Source: Cirrosporium novae-zelandiae (Eukaryota). Taken from it: a stretch of 53,348 nt of DNA. The notes beneath the pieces are model-generated. The model was not told the origin of the DNA and searched no databases. It was given only the letters and a program-made list of their open reading frames with translations. The position numbers and the translations under genes were made by a program. The stretch lies in contig JAPETS010000049.1 in the NCBI GenBank assembly GCA_026023565.1, positions 124,001 to 177,348 of the forward strand. The letters run 5' to 3'. Positions 1 through 12,300 of the stretch are shown here, one piece after another (position 1 is the first letter of the stretch; every line of letters begins with the position of its first letter).

Positions 1-687
1 TGGGCTCACCAGCCAATAAAAAGCGTCTGGCCAGTACAGATATCGAAGCGCGGCGAAAACGACAGTACAACTTGATCCAAGATACCGAGACAACCTGTTG
101 GTTGGTAATTTATGTCGATCAGAAACTCGACATATCTATTTAGCTTTGGTGGCGGAGGAGTAGACTTGCCATAGAGTATACGACCCACCCCTCGTACTCC
201 CACGCATTATCAATTGGCAAAGCCCACCGATGCTCAACATGAGCTGGCAGATTACCGCCCCCCACGAATAAGCAAGACTAGGACCAATTTCTGCAGCGAG
301 AGCCAAATGACCTGTAAGACTAACAATAATTCCAACGGCGAAAATGAGGGGAAGATTCCGTTCGACAAGTGGTGCATGAGCCCATTCCGTTGAGGAGAAC
401 TTGATCGCAGTGTAAATGACTGCGAAATTGATCACCAGACCACTCAAAAACACTCCCTGCTCAATGGGGTCTTTTGAGGGGTGTATTAGACCGTAGACGG
501 CTTCCCAAGCGATGTTGCAACAAAGGGGCATTATTGCCATACCATAGGTGCGGTCACGAACAGATACGTACACCATTCCGATGTAATTGACTAGCCAGCC
601 TACACTCATCAGAACGACAAAGGTATTCGCGATCCATTCAATCTCCTGATACTCCGGGGGAGCTGTAGAAGCGTCGAACCCGTCCAT
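1..687 (-). CDS. idtB: Indole-diterpene cyclase, PaxB/AtmB/IdtB family (3' end runs out of the window)
   Basis: ATG at 687 gives MDGFDASTAPPEYQ. Family motifs include YGMAIMPLCCNIAWE, AYSWGAVICQ and LCQLIMRGSTRGGSYTLW. After a GC-AG intron (169..95) the frame continues W-LSRYLGSSCTVVFAALRYLYWPDAFYWLVSP, typical of PaxB. Confidence 0.93.
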
Positions 688-891
688 TAGTGGCGACTCT
701 GAAAAGCGAAGAAAAATTTGATTTGATGCCAAAAGAGAAATGCTAATGTGAAAGCTGATACGATACTCCTCCTCTATATATCCTCAACCGATATAAAGCC
801 GAAACGGTTGCTGGGAAACCCCTGTCATTGATTGCCGCGTGTAAGTTATTGGTATATCAGTATTTGCATGTTCAATCAGCTTCGGTGTAGC

Positions 892-990
892 CAGCATTGT
901 GAATAAACTGGACCGATCAGACCGACCCCTTGATCTGGTCGGTCTAAGGTTTATAGACCGTCTATTTGGTTCAGTTTATCCACAACACTA
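892..990. mobile_element. 99-bp non-autonomous hAT-like MITE
   Basis: 31-bp terminal inverted repeats (23/31 identical, 7 of 8 mismatches transitions) beginning CAG/TAG. Flanked by an 8-bp near-duplication GGTGTAGC (884-891) / AGTGTAGC (991-998). Internal AGACCGACC...GGTCGGTCT hairpin. Confidence 0.75.
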
Positions 991-1535
991 AGTGTAGCTG
1001 AACTGAGTTCTTGCTCTTATTAACCTGAGTCCTGTTATAGCTGAACGCCTTTTGTAGCTCTGCCGATCAATGCAAGTCTTGTTTTCGGTGGCTGACACAA
1101 TTTCCCTGGATTAGAGGATTTCCTCCACAATTGTTCATTATCGTCGTTCTCCTCTCTCTTTTACTTGCAAATGTTGCTGTCTCTCTGTGGGAGACACAAT
1201 AGCCGAGGAGTCTTAGGGAGCTGATGCATTGGTCTCGGTCTATCTGTGTATTCTCTGTTGACTGATCTCCTAGGTTTTACCTTCACCGGCAGCCTCACTT
1301 TTAAGCAATTTTACGTTATACGTCTCATCAATGTGAGATAGAAATCTACATCTTAGTAATACAAGATGATCCATATCCTTTAATAAACTTGTGTTGTTAT
1401 TATGGTGATTGTTTTACCAAGAACCTCAACGCAGCTTTTCAGCCCTTCTAGCTTCAAGTTTTGTGCAATTTAATAATCTATTCAAGTATTGAGTCGTCTT
1501 TTCGAATATATTTTGTCCAAAAGAAGAATCACATA

Positions 1536-2697
1536 ATGAATACGACCACGACTTTACTCCCAGCTGGAGCCTCCGTTATCCTATCCATTTTGCTCGTTAT
1601 TGCTATCGTTGTTGCCGTCTTAGATAGAATCCCTCCTTGGGGCCCATTCAACAAGAGAGCTTGGTTAACTGTCTCGAAACCCCCATCAACTGTGACGCCA
1701 ATAGAGTGTCCTTACGAATATCTCCTCGGGATATATGGGAAACACCACTTTGCGCCATTTGTTAAGAAACTTTCACCCACGCTTGAGTCGAGCAACCCTG
1801 AGAAATGGAATATTATACTGGAGATTATGGACAGCTTCCACTTCTGTCTCATTCTTGTTGACGATGTAAGAACATGCTGGGGAGTTCCGTTTACAGATAA
1901 GTCGCTGAACTAGCTCTTCAGATTTCGGATAACAGTGACTTTCGAAAAGGCCATCCGGCCGCGCATAAGGTCTTTGGGGCTTCCGAAACTGCTAATCGTG
2001 CGTACTTCGCGTTGACAAAGGTCTTGAATAGGACAGTAAAGGAACACCCTCAGCTTGAGCCGTGGCTGCTACAGAATCTTGAGGAAGTTCTAAACGGTCA
2101 GGACATATCTCTCGTATGGCGCAGGGATGGACTTGAGTCTCTTCCGGTGAAGCATGAGGACCGTATAGCGACTTATCGCCGGATGGCATCCTTGAAGACA
2201 GGAGCGTTGTTTCGGCTAGTTGGGCAGCTTGTAGCAGAAGATCACTCCTTTGACGACCTGATGACTCGCGTGGGGTACGTTCATTAACTAATTTTCTTTG
2301 GATTCAGTCATTTTCCAGCCGTCTTCTATTCTCTAACTATGGGTCATTATTCCACAGCTGGTTCTCTCAACTCCAAAATGATTGCAAAAACCTGTATTCT
2401 TCCGACTACGCTAAAGCTAAAGGCGCTGTTGCAGAGGATCTTTGCAATGGCGAGCTCTCCTACCCAGTTATTCTTGCTTTAAATGAACCAGACGGAGACT
2501 TGGTCGCCAAAGCACTAAAATCCGGGTCTCGGCGAAATGTTAGAAAGGCACTGGAAGTGGTCCGGAGCGATTCCATCAGAGGGGCATGTTTGCAGGAGCT
2601 GAAGATGGTTGGTGCAACGGTGCAAGATTATGTTGAGATCTGGGGTAGGAAAGAGCGCCTGGATCTTGGGGCAAAGAATGGCTACGGGAAAAATTGA
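1536..2697 (+). CDS. idtC: Indole-diterpene prenyltransferase (geranylgeranyl-indole synthase), PaxC/IdtC family
   Basis: Three exons (1536-1865, 1922-2274, 2358-2697). Motifs: [76 protein letters not shown]. Hydrophobic N-terminus. Confidence 0.93.
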
Positions 2698-3700
2698 CTG
2701 TTCTATTGTTTCCCTGGATATAGGTTCAAATTGAAAGAACTGCCTTAGATAGATAGAGTTTTAGATATAGCTGTGGTGTCATTATAGCACGAAATCTCAA
2801 ACTGTCCCCTAGCTAGTAAGTAGGGGTTGTCATTTAAGGCTTATAATAGGTTATAAACATTTTTAGGTAGAATCACGCATCATGTTTTTTGATGAATAAC
2901 ATTGACCCTCAGGGTCTTATCATTGAACCAATAAACCTTTCAGTATGACCCCCCTATTAACGGTAGCCGTATGTGGCAGGTTCAGGGGATCGACTATTCA
3001 TTATCATAATATTAAGGAAAGGGTTAGCAATCAATGCCCGTTTTGCCTATCGCGTTTCTGTGTAACACATGTAATTTACGATACACCTCGAGTTTATCTT
3101 GCCATGAGGGAGAAGAGTACCAATACCAATGTGATCAACCAATCACTAGAGTGTGAGGATTCAGCCCAACCTAATATTTATCACATTTATAGGAGATACA
3201 TTAGGTTTCGGGTCAGAGAAACATTGTAAAAAGCATGAGGCGCCGACCCGAAGCCCACGCAAGGCAAAAAAAGAAAATAATCTTGGGCTAAAGCATATTA
3301 TAAGATGGCTATCAAGAGCAAGAACATGTGACCTTTAATCCGAGGAATTGACTTACGTGTCAGTAGATTTTCGGGCATACCTATTGGAGCGTACTAATAT
3401 CGCTGATGGCTTACCTGAATGTTGGCTAATACAACCCATCGGTGAAATGTGTGTTGCTCCCTCTCAGTGGGCTCCCGTTGGTAGCCCTCCAGCTGCAGGA
3501 AGACCACCCTACGGGTAAAGGCTATCAAAACGTAAGGTTACCAAATCTAAAGTGTTTCTAGTGGAAGCATGTGATTCATCCAAGATACTCTACTCCTATT
3601 CACCAGGATGATATCGCCAAACACCAGGCGCAACCAGCCTATATGAACTTGACGTAGCTCGGACATACCAGAATCTAAATACCAGTTTTTTTAGGCTACA

Positions 3701-4944
3701 ATGGCATTCCAAGAATATGTCAAGGAAACCTCTTTTGAAGAGCAAAATCTCTTTCCACTCAAAACTCCATCACGGATCAAAGTGACCGCTGAAGCTACGT
3801 CGAATATTAATATTACTGATAGCCAGATCCCTACGGGGGGGAAGCTGCGGGAAGATAAGGAAAAGGTATGTCATATTCTTAAAAAGTTGGTTTAAGAGAG
3901 GAGAAAGATGTGTCTGATTGTGTCTCCCGATAGACTATCTCGGGGCCTCTAGAATATCTTCTTCAGTCTCCCGGAAAAGATATTCGAGAACAGCTAATAT
4001 CTGGATTCAACCAATGGCTAGACGTCCCGGAAGAAAAGCTCAATGTCATAAAACGTGTTGTAGAGCTATTACATACAGCATCATTACTGTAGGGTTGTTA
4101 TCATTATTTTTCTTAACAGTCACTGAATCTGTCCATTTCCCAGGATCGATGACATCCAAGATTCATCGAAACTCCGTCGTGGCCTCCCAGTTGCTCACAG
4201 CATCTTTGGCATAGCCCAGACAATCAATTCTGCAAACTACGCTTACTTTGTCGCGCAGCAGGAGCTCCAAAAGCTCGGTAACCCGAAGGCTTTTGATATT
4301 TTTACAGAGGAACTACTTAATTTGCACCGAGGACAGGGTATGGATTTGTACTGGCGGGACACTCTGACTTGTCCCAGCGAGGATGACTACTTGGAGATGG
4401 TTGCCAATAAAACCGGAGGGCTTTTTCGATTGGCAGTCAAGCTCATGCAGATGGAAAGCGAGACTTCTAAGTATGCCCATTTATATCTACCTTTCTTAGT
4501 AAAGCATTATCTTCTAAAAGAAATTATACACAATTGACCCCTTCTCCTCTTACTTACAGGAATTGTCTACCGCTCGTGAATCTCCTGGGGATAATTTTCC
4601 AGATCCGAGACGACTACCAGAACCTATGCAGCCAGGCCTACACCAGCAACAAGGGACTCTGCGAAGATTTAACCGAAGGAAAATTCTCCTTCCTTATCAT
4701 CCATAGTATTCGCTCAAACCCCGACAACTTGCAACTGCTCAACATCCTGAAGCAGAAAAGTGAAGACGAGGATGTCAAACGATATGCCATTCACTACATG
4801 GAATCGACGGGCAGCTTTGAGTATTGCCGGAAGGTGCTCTCGACATATATGGGGCAGGCGTATCGTTTGGTGAAGGAGATTGATGATGGGATGGGCAAGA
4901 CCGGAGGACTTGATTCGATTCTGGACTTGTTGCAGTTGAAATAG
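3701..4944 (+). CDS. idtG: Geranylgeranyl diphosphate synthase, PaxG/IdtG-like
   Basis: Spliced frames give [67 protein letters not shown] and [11 protein letters not shown]. Adjacent to idtC/idtB. True start codon uncertain (upstream exons possible). Confidence 0.9.
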
Positions 4945-6007
4945 TTGGGTTATTTGTTATTAACAATTTGTAATATATGTCCGCCATGAGCTGAAGGCGA
5001 CATGCAGATAATAAAATGAATCATCATCATTATCAACAACAACGACTGTAATAATATTCAGGGGGGCATGATGGAATAAAGAGCTTAGTTAGACCATTCC
5101 TTTTTTAGATTCTAGACCAAATTCAACATCGCTTGTAACGAAATACTAGGATATGAACACCTTGGACCCTTAGTCTTTGGTAGACATGGACAATTTTTGA
5201 TCGTCTAGGCATGATTTTATAACTCTCTCCAGCGAAGAGGATAGAGGAGAGGAATAATAGTATTATATAACCAGGAGAGATTCAGAAGTAAACGATGAAT
5301 TATATATCTTTTTTATTATACTCAAAAAATTGCCGAGCAAGGCCATACGATGGGACGAACGAACGAATGAAAGGAATAGAAGGAATATTCGATTATCTAA
5401 AGTTGTTTTTCTTGGTTCCCTTCCTTCCTTCCTGGATCTTGATGATGTTGATGATGATGAGGATTTTGAATTCGATAATTACATTGCTGGGTTTATTCTC
5501 TATACTAGCCTATCTGGATATTTTATTCATGGGAATTTGATCATGTGTGAGGGATATGTAGGTAGGTAGTGGTGGTGATATATAATTATACTTAGTATAT
5601 GTGGAAGGGTCTTGGGATTAGATTAGATTGGATTGGAGTCGATAGGGGGGACAGTTATGGTGATGTGGATTTCGAGTAATAGTGGTGTGGGTAGGTAGTT
5701 AGTATATTGATTGTATTGTATGTGTAATTAAATCAATATATGAGGGAGGACCATCCTTCTTCTTCTTCGTTTCTTCATAGAGTTGAATGGCTTGTCATTG
5801 TTAGTTTAGGAGACTTGGGGATGCTGTGATATTTTTGAATTCATGGCTTCTGGGCTTATGACTAGGCCTCATCAGTTCAGTTGAGTGCTATGTAGATTAG
5901 ATTATTTGTGCAAAAGATTCGAGTAGTAGAAAGCTGTAATAGAGGCACTTTTAATAGGGTATAACTCCTCGTACCTATACTCTGACACTATAACATATAT
6001 TTCCCGC

Positions 6008-7553
6008 TCACCCTCTCCCTTCTGCCTTGCCCATAAAAAACCCCTTCAAAGCAGGCACATTCTCCACGGCACTCAACCCCCAACTCCTAGCCGTGACCAA
6101 CGGTCCGCTACCCCAGCTATAGATCTTATGTATCTTATCAACCGCGCCCAAAAATGCATGGTTTGTCGCCCATCTCGCCGCCGTATATTTTTCCAGCGTT
6201 AGTAGGCTCCCAATGTCCATTCCGTGGCTGACGGCATACTCGATGGTTTCCGCAAGCGCTTTCGCATCCGCTTGGCCTTGGTTTAGTCCCTGGCCTGCAA
6301 GTGGGTGTGTGGTGTGCGCTGCATCGCCGACGAGGGTAATACGTTGGAAGTGGTAGGAGTCTGCGTGGGAGAGGCGCAGAGGAAAGGAGGCGACGGAGGA
6401 GGGTTGGACAGAAGTGACAAGTTGGGGGATTAGAGTTTCGGAGACGGGTGTTTGCTCACTACGCCAGATGACTTCATTGATGAGGTCAGCGCTGGGGGGC
6501 AGGGTGTGCAGGTATGAGAGATCCGTGGGGGAGAGCCGGAAAGCGGCATTTACGAGCGCGGTAAAAGATTCTGAGGGGAGAGACTTGAGGAATGCGGCGT
6601 GAGATGGGAGAGTGGACCAGACAAGAGATGCATGTAGGCCCGGGAATGGGAGGAGGGCAATAGGCCCTGTGGGGAGAAACCGCTGGTAGGCTGTCTTATG
6701 GGTAGAACCCCCCCAGCCGGAAGACTCAAGAGTCAAGGTTGCGACAACGCCATGACGGTTGTATGGCCAACCTCTTGAAGGAATGTTCGCAAAGTGGCGG
6801 ACAGGAGAGTTGGGGCCATCTGCACCGACCAGAAGGCGTGCGGCGATGGTTGTGCCATCGGAAAGTGTGAGGATGGGATATGTACTCAGATCGAGTGGGG
6901 AGTCGGTATCTTCGGAGCCGAGAGATATAGAAGAGACGCGGGTTTTATCGAGAAGAGTGGCGCCGCCAAGTTGGTCAAGACGGTGAAGGAGACCGTAGAC
7001 TATGTTTAGGTTTTCGATCATGTATGCAACTGTTCGAGAGCCTGTGAGGGGTTGGCCGATGGTGGTGGTGGTGGCAGTGGCCCAGTCAAGGGACATGCGA
7101 GCTCCAGAGACACCATCCCATACTTGTGCTTCATGATATGGTTGTACTCGTTCATGTTTGACATGATCCCACGCTCCAATTTCTTCCAGATGGTCTCTAG
7201 ATGCAGGTGTGAAGCTGCTGGCTCGATTGGAATATTCATCCTGAGGAGGGTGCCAATTGCGCGATTTCGCAAGGTCTTGGCCTTCAACAAGGGCGATCTT
7301 GAGGTTTGAAGTGACCTTGGAAGCTCCTTTAGAAAATAGTTTTAGCAATTAGTACGAGTAGGTGGATTGAGAACTTACTAAGAGCAGTCATTAAGCTGAG
7401 CCCTGCCGGCCCCCCTCCGACACAAACAACATCATAAATCTCCGGTGCCTTTGCTGCAGTAGAAGCAAATCGTGGTTGGTTTCGACCAACAACCAGTCTT
7501 GCACAGGAACGACAGAGGTAAGAGGAGCGGAGAATTGGCCTAAATTTCTGCAT
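6008..7553 (-). CDS. COQ6: Ubiquinone biosynthesis FAD monooxygenase COQ6
   Basis: Mitochondrial-type presequence MQKFRPILRSS. Motifs YDVVCVGGGPAG, SNRASS, LLVGADGPNSPVR, AYQRFLPTGPIALLP, LVGDAAHTTHPLAGQGLNQG. One intron near 7330-7378. Confidence 0.93.
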
Positions 7554-8025
7554 ATCGAAAGAAGTTTTCAATGCTCATTCTTGATTCCTCGATAATAGCT
7601 GTACGTATATTTGAAGTTGTTTGCATTGTTTGCCTGGAACATGTCATGGATAATCTTTCTATTCTATAGCCTATAGACTAGATCGATAGCCATTATTAAT
7701 TACACAATAATATTTTCTTGGATCTATTATATCTATTTCAACCATTCTTATATCAAGTCAATTGAATATATAATTACTGAAGTACTGTAGTAATGATCGA
7801 TTCCGGGATTGCCCATAATTGAGTTCCTTAGATCCGAAGTTACTATTTATCCTCCAATATCTTGCAACAACCGAACTATCTTCTAACAACACAACTCACA
7901 ACTCACCTCGGCCCACTGATGATTATTACGCTGATGATGCATATATATTATTTCTATTATTGTATTTCATTCTTATCGTATCATCTATATTCTTCTTCAA
8001 TTTTATATTAGCCCGAGCAGATGAC

Positions 8026-9213
8026 ATGGCCAGCCTCTCACAAGCATCCCTAGTAAGTTGTTCTCATCTTCAACCCCTTCCAAAGAATCCTATTAATGAT
8101 CCCACAGCAAGCCATCGCCAGGCTAAGGGCTTTTGTATCTTCGCCAAGTGTTTACTCCAGTTTGCCTTTAGCCCGTCGAGCTGCCGTACTGCTGCTTTTA
8201 TTTCCGGACCGGAAAGGTGATTTGAGAGTAGTATTGACTATGCGATCGAGCACCTTGTCTTCATGTATGAGAGCATCTTCCTCAATTAGTGGTTTCAGCA
8301 CAGTAGCTTGATCTTAATCCTAGTCAATCTCACGTTAATGCTTATCTCTTGGAACTATTATTACTCGCTCATTTAGATGTAATTTGTGGGCTGACATGAT
8401 CTAAAGTCGCAGGGCAAGCAGCACTACCAGGTGGTCAGTTAATATATAATTTGAGAGGTGGAAACGTTTGAATTAATTTTCTTAGGCAAAGCGGACTCTC
8501 TTTCTGAATCAGCCTGGGATACTGCTCGCCGTGAAGCCTACGAGGAAATCGGTCTCGCAGTGAATGATCAACAATTGCCTTTCCCATTCAAAATAGAACA
8601 TCTGTGCCAGCTTCCTATAAATTTAGCAAGAACCGAACTTGGTGTGATGCCCTGTGTGGCATTTTTGCATGCACAGGATGCAGATAGTAAAGTTACGGCC
8701 GATGTCGAGAGCAACATGATTCCTCGACTAGACGCAAAAGAGGTTGCGGCCGTCTTTTCTGCCCCATTTCACAATTTTCTCTACGCCGAAGATGAAGGCA
8801 ACTCGGAAGAACTTTCTGCTCTTCCTGGAAATCCCTCGGACTGGTACAAAGGGACATGGACATATTGGCATGAATCGCCCTGGAGAATGCATAATTTCCG
8901 TGTCCCAGTGACCAGTCGGACTGTGGCCAGACCAAGACCTAAGGGAAGGGACCAGAAATTGGCTACAGAAAGACTCAAGGAAATCAAACAAAAAGGTTCT
9001 GTAAGAAGATTTCGAGTGTTTGGGATGACTGCTCGCATTCTCGTGGATGCTGCGCGAATTGCATATCAACAAGAGCCAGAGTTTGAACATAATAGCCATT
9101 TCGGTGATGAAGATATAATCCACCGTTTACAGAAGTTGGGCCGACTAGGTGAAATCCGAAAGCCTGGAGAGGAACTAACAAGAGAGGTTTTAGAAAAGGC
9201 AGCCAAGATCTAG
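8026..9213 (+). CDS. PCD1: Nudix hydrolase, CoA diphosphatase (PCD1-like)
   Basis: Four exons join to RRAAVLLLLF...LTMRSSTLSSFAGQAALPGGKAD...ESAWDTARREAYEEIGL (Nudix box). VFGMTARIL motif. Ends AKI (PTS1-like). Confidence 0.85.
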
Positions 9214-11253
9214 GTGATTAGAATCTATAGATATCCTACGTTCATGACTGTCGGCCGTTACTACTCACCATTACCAGGTTGTTTGTTTGATCCGATCTTG
9301 CTTTTTTGTAATTATTGTTTTCGCCGGCTTTCGAAATGTTCTGACAAACTAGCTGAAGAATTGCCCTCAGTCGCAAGGAGAAATGAAACACAGCTTAGAT
9401 TGGGTTTACGTACTTGGTAAGCCTAAAAGTTGTGTGTTAAAGCCGCCAAGGCTGTGGTGATGGACATCAAAAACTCAATATGTGTATGCTGCCTCTTGAT
9501 CTATTTAGAGGTCAAAGGTCATGCTGGGAATATTATGACAATCTCCTCTTACTGTTATTGTTGCCGCCCATCGAAATTGTCTCCCAGTCCATTTCACAAT
9601 ATGTTTCATTCGTTTCGCTATTCTCCTTCGCATATATCTATTGAAGACACACCCTATATTATTTGGCTCGGTAGCATCCGGAAACATTCGGATATATGTA
9701 TTATTGCAGCCCACCGTTCTGCCACCCCTCCTACCGATTAGTGCTGTTGCCTTTTCGATAATCTTTTGTTCAAGGTAAGGCTTTCGAAGATGGTTTTCTA
9801 AATCGTTCCGTTGGATTCTTATTTGCTGTTCAAGAATAGCATTCGTCACCGTGCTAAGGGCTTTTGGCAACATATACACGTTTCTCGTGCTTTCTATCCT
9901 GTTGCTATCTATTAGAAACTCGACGTGAGAAAGGCGATTTCTGGAGTTTGTACTTGCTTTCAGTAGTGTTGCAATCATGAATACCTTCTCCTTTGGGGTA
10001 GTAAGGCAGTGATCTCTAGACTTGTATGATGGATCGTAGTTTTTCTATTTGATCTTGCTAAGCCATAGGCCATGGGTAGTGCTCAGGTCAAATGAGAGAA
10101 AACACTCCTATTGTATAATGCTCCTAGTAGATGCTGCTTAACTGTGCCTCACCCGTATGGAGTTGTAGAAGTTGCAGTCTGCATATCATCTATATCGCCG
10201 TTTCCTATCGGAGGAAATTTCATTCATGTTCCTCTGGATTATAGTCTCATTCACATCCTCCAAGTAGTGCCATTCCTGTGCTTCTTTTTAGAGTGGTACC
10301 AGCTACATATTGCCGTTCGTGCCATACAGTTCCCTACCCTGCTACCATGTCAGGTACACCTCCTTCCTAGGCTTATATCAGTCATACCCATCGACTTTCA
10401 TTTACGACTCATAATCCTTCTTGCAGTATCTTACTCCATGCTCGCTCTTCGAGAATCGTTGTCACCACCTCCTATCCGATTCGACGATTCCACCACTCCA
10501 TGCCTTTACCGTTCAAGTGATCAACTTGTTAGCAAACATCTCCTCGTCCAGTACACTTTATTCAGATATAACTACAAGTATAATTAACCGCCGACAGGGG
10601 ATGATGAGGGTACCTCGCTGGGCTCTCCACCGGCTCGTTTACGAATATAACCTCACGCTATTCTATCCAACATCACCATCATAATCCAAAGTCAATCGAA
10701 GAACTTCCGTGCTATCGTTATGCATGTCTATCGACAGTTCCCAGTAAGATCAATCTACTGAAGCATTACCCTTCATCTGGCCTGCCCTAAATTCTGAATT
10801 TGCCCTTAGGCTATAGCTGACTACTTGTGGAATAATAGGGTGCCTGCTTTTGTGGTCTTTAAGAACGGATCCACTTGAACTACTCCTTTGTCCCCTCTCC
10901 CCCTACTTGCGCCTTAGGCCACCACTGCGCATGCATGTCGTGGCCTTTCCTGATGTTTACGCCACAAAATGACATTTGAACCAATCTTCGCAGCCATTGA
11001 CTGACCCCTCACCATTACAAAAAAATTTTACAAACTCTATTGTAATCCCCATTGGAGGCCCAAGCGTCCTGGGGTAACATAAGTAGGGCATCTTCCCCTC
11101 CATTCTTTTTTCTTTCTTTCCTCTTTCTCCTCCAACTGCGTTTACTGAGATTTTTCTACCACAGCTATCTTCTACATTCCAGTTTTTGCACATTTGCATA
11201 TTGCACTGTGTTCGTAGATAGATACTACGTTAATACATTTGTAATCCGTCCTC

Positions 11254-11980
11254 ATGTTCGATCCACAGCGTCGTCACCTACTCGGTCAGCCAGCGACTTC
11301 ACTATTGTCAGTCACACAGGAGGAGGATAATCGTAATGCAGGTGAGATGTATAACCCCATACCTTACTATCGTGACGTCGACCCCTTAAGGGCGGCGTCA
11401 TCTGCACTGATGGCTGGTCGTAGGCTACACGACGACCTTCCACGATCGGGGTAAGTTATTTCATCTCTTTTATTTCCTTCATCCATCCATCAGTAGCTAT
11501 GTTTAGCCTTCGTGTTACTCCTCTTTTCAGGTCTTATGGTTCCTGTCCTCTACTCTTACCTTCTCCTGCATTTATTTTTCATGGTCGTCCAATTCATTAG
11601 GAGTCAGGAATCATTACTAACATCTCTGTAATAGCCCGACTAACTACCTGTCAGTTCAACAACGCTACGTAGTTAGGAAGAGCCTGGCCACAACTGGGAA
11701 ACCAGTGTGGCGACCGGCAGGGATTGCCCAGTCAGGACCACGCCCCGCACCTCAGCCCAGAATTCCCCTCCAGTTCCGCCCTAGTCTGTCGGTAGAGCAA
11801 AAACTCCGGGGAATACTTAAGAAGCCTACCTTGGAGGTAGGTGAAAGGATCCCCCCAGAGAAGAAGTGTGGGAAGAAGGTGACATTCTCTGGTTCTTTTG
11901 CTGTCTTCTCGATATTGAATACTTGTTTTTATCACAGGTTGCATGGAAGGAGAACCAATCTGCTGTGTTCTCAAAAGTAG
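11254..11980 (+). CDS. Small hypothetical protein (~181 aa) with SILK-like and RVxF-like motifs
   Basis: Exon 11254-11450, GTAAGT donor, ACTAAC branch and TAG acceptor at 11634. Exon 2 joins in frame to ...KPVWRPAG...LRGILKKP...KKVTFS. Confidence 0.45.
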
Positions 11981-12103
11981 GTCGAATCCATGCGATCAGC
12001 GCGGAGAACAAGTTCTCCCACTACTAATCTACTAAGTTACAAGCTAGGTTGGTCCTGGCTCGGTTCTGGGGGTTGGAGTAGTAAGTATGAGAAATGACCT
12101 TTT

Positions 12104-12300
12104 AAAAAAAAAGTTGGAAAGAAGAAATAAGAAAAAAGTTGAAAAAGAAAAATAAGAAAAAAGTTGAAAGCCAAAATCAAGAAAAAAGGAAAAAAAAAGG
12201 AAGGCATTTATTTTCTCCACATAACCACAGCGGACATTGTCCTGTTAGTTAGTTATAGCTAGTCATATAGCCGCAGCTAACACTGTCCTGCGAGTTAGTT
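12104..12300. repeat. A-rich low-complexity tract with degenerate tandem units, plus a ~34-bp direct repeat
   Basis: Repeated AAATAAGAAAAAAGTTGAAA units. 12221-12254 and 12267-12300 match at 27/34. Confidence 0.6.

Noticed and set aside
5295..5569. Short ORFs downstream of idtG
   Set aside because: AT-rich low-complexity intergenic sequence (GAT repeats) with no domain signal.
6008..7553. FAD monooxygenase beside idtG as the cluster epoxidase idtM
   Set aside because: Motifs and mitochondrial presequence are those of housekeeping COQ6, not PaxM.
8026..9213. Nudix hydrolase as a terpene-pathway prenyl diphosphatase
   Set aside because: It carries the CoA-diphosphatase signature and a peroxisomal-type C-terminus, so it is an ordinary PCD1-like gene.
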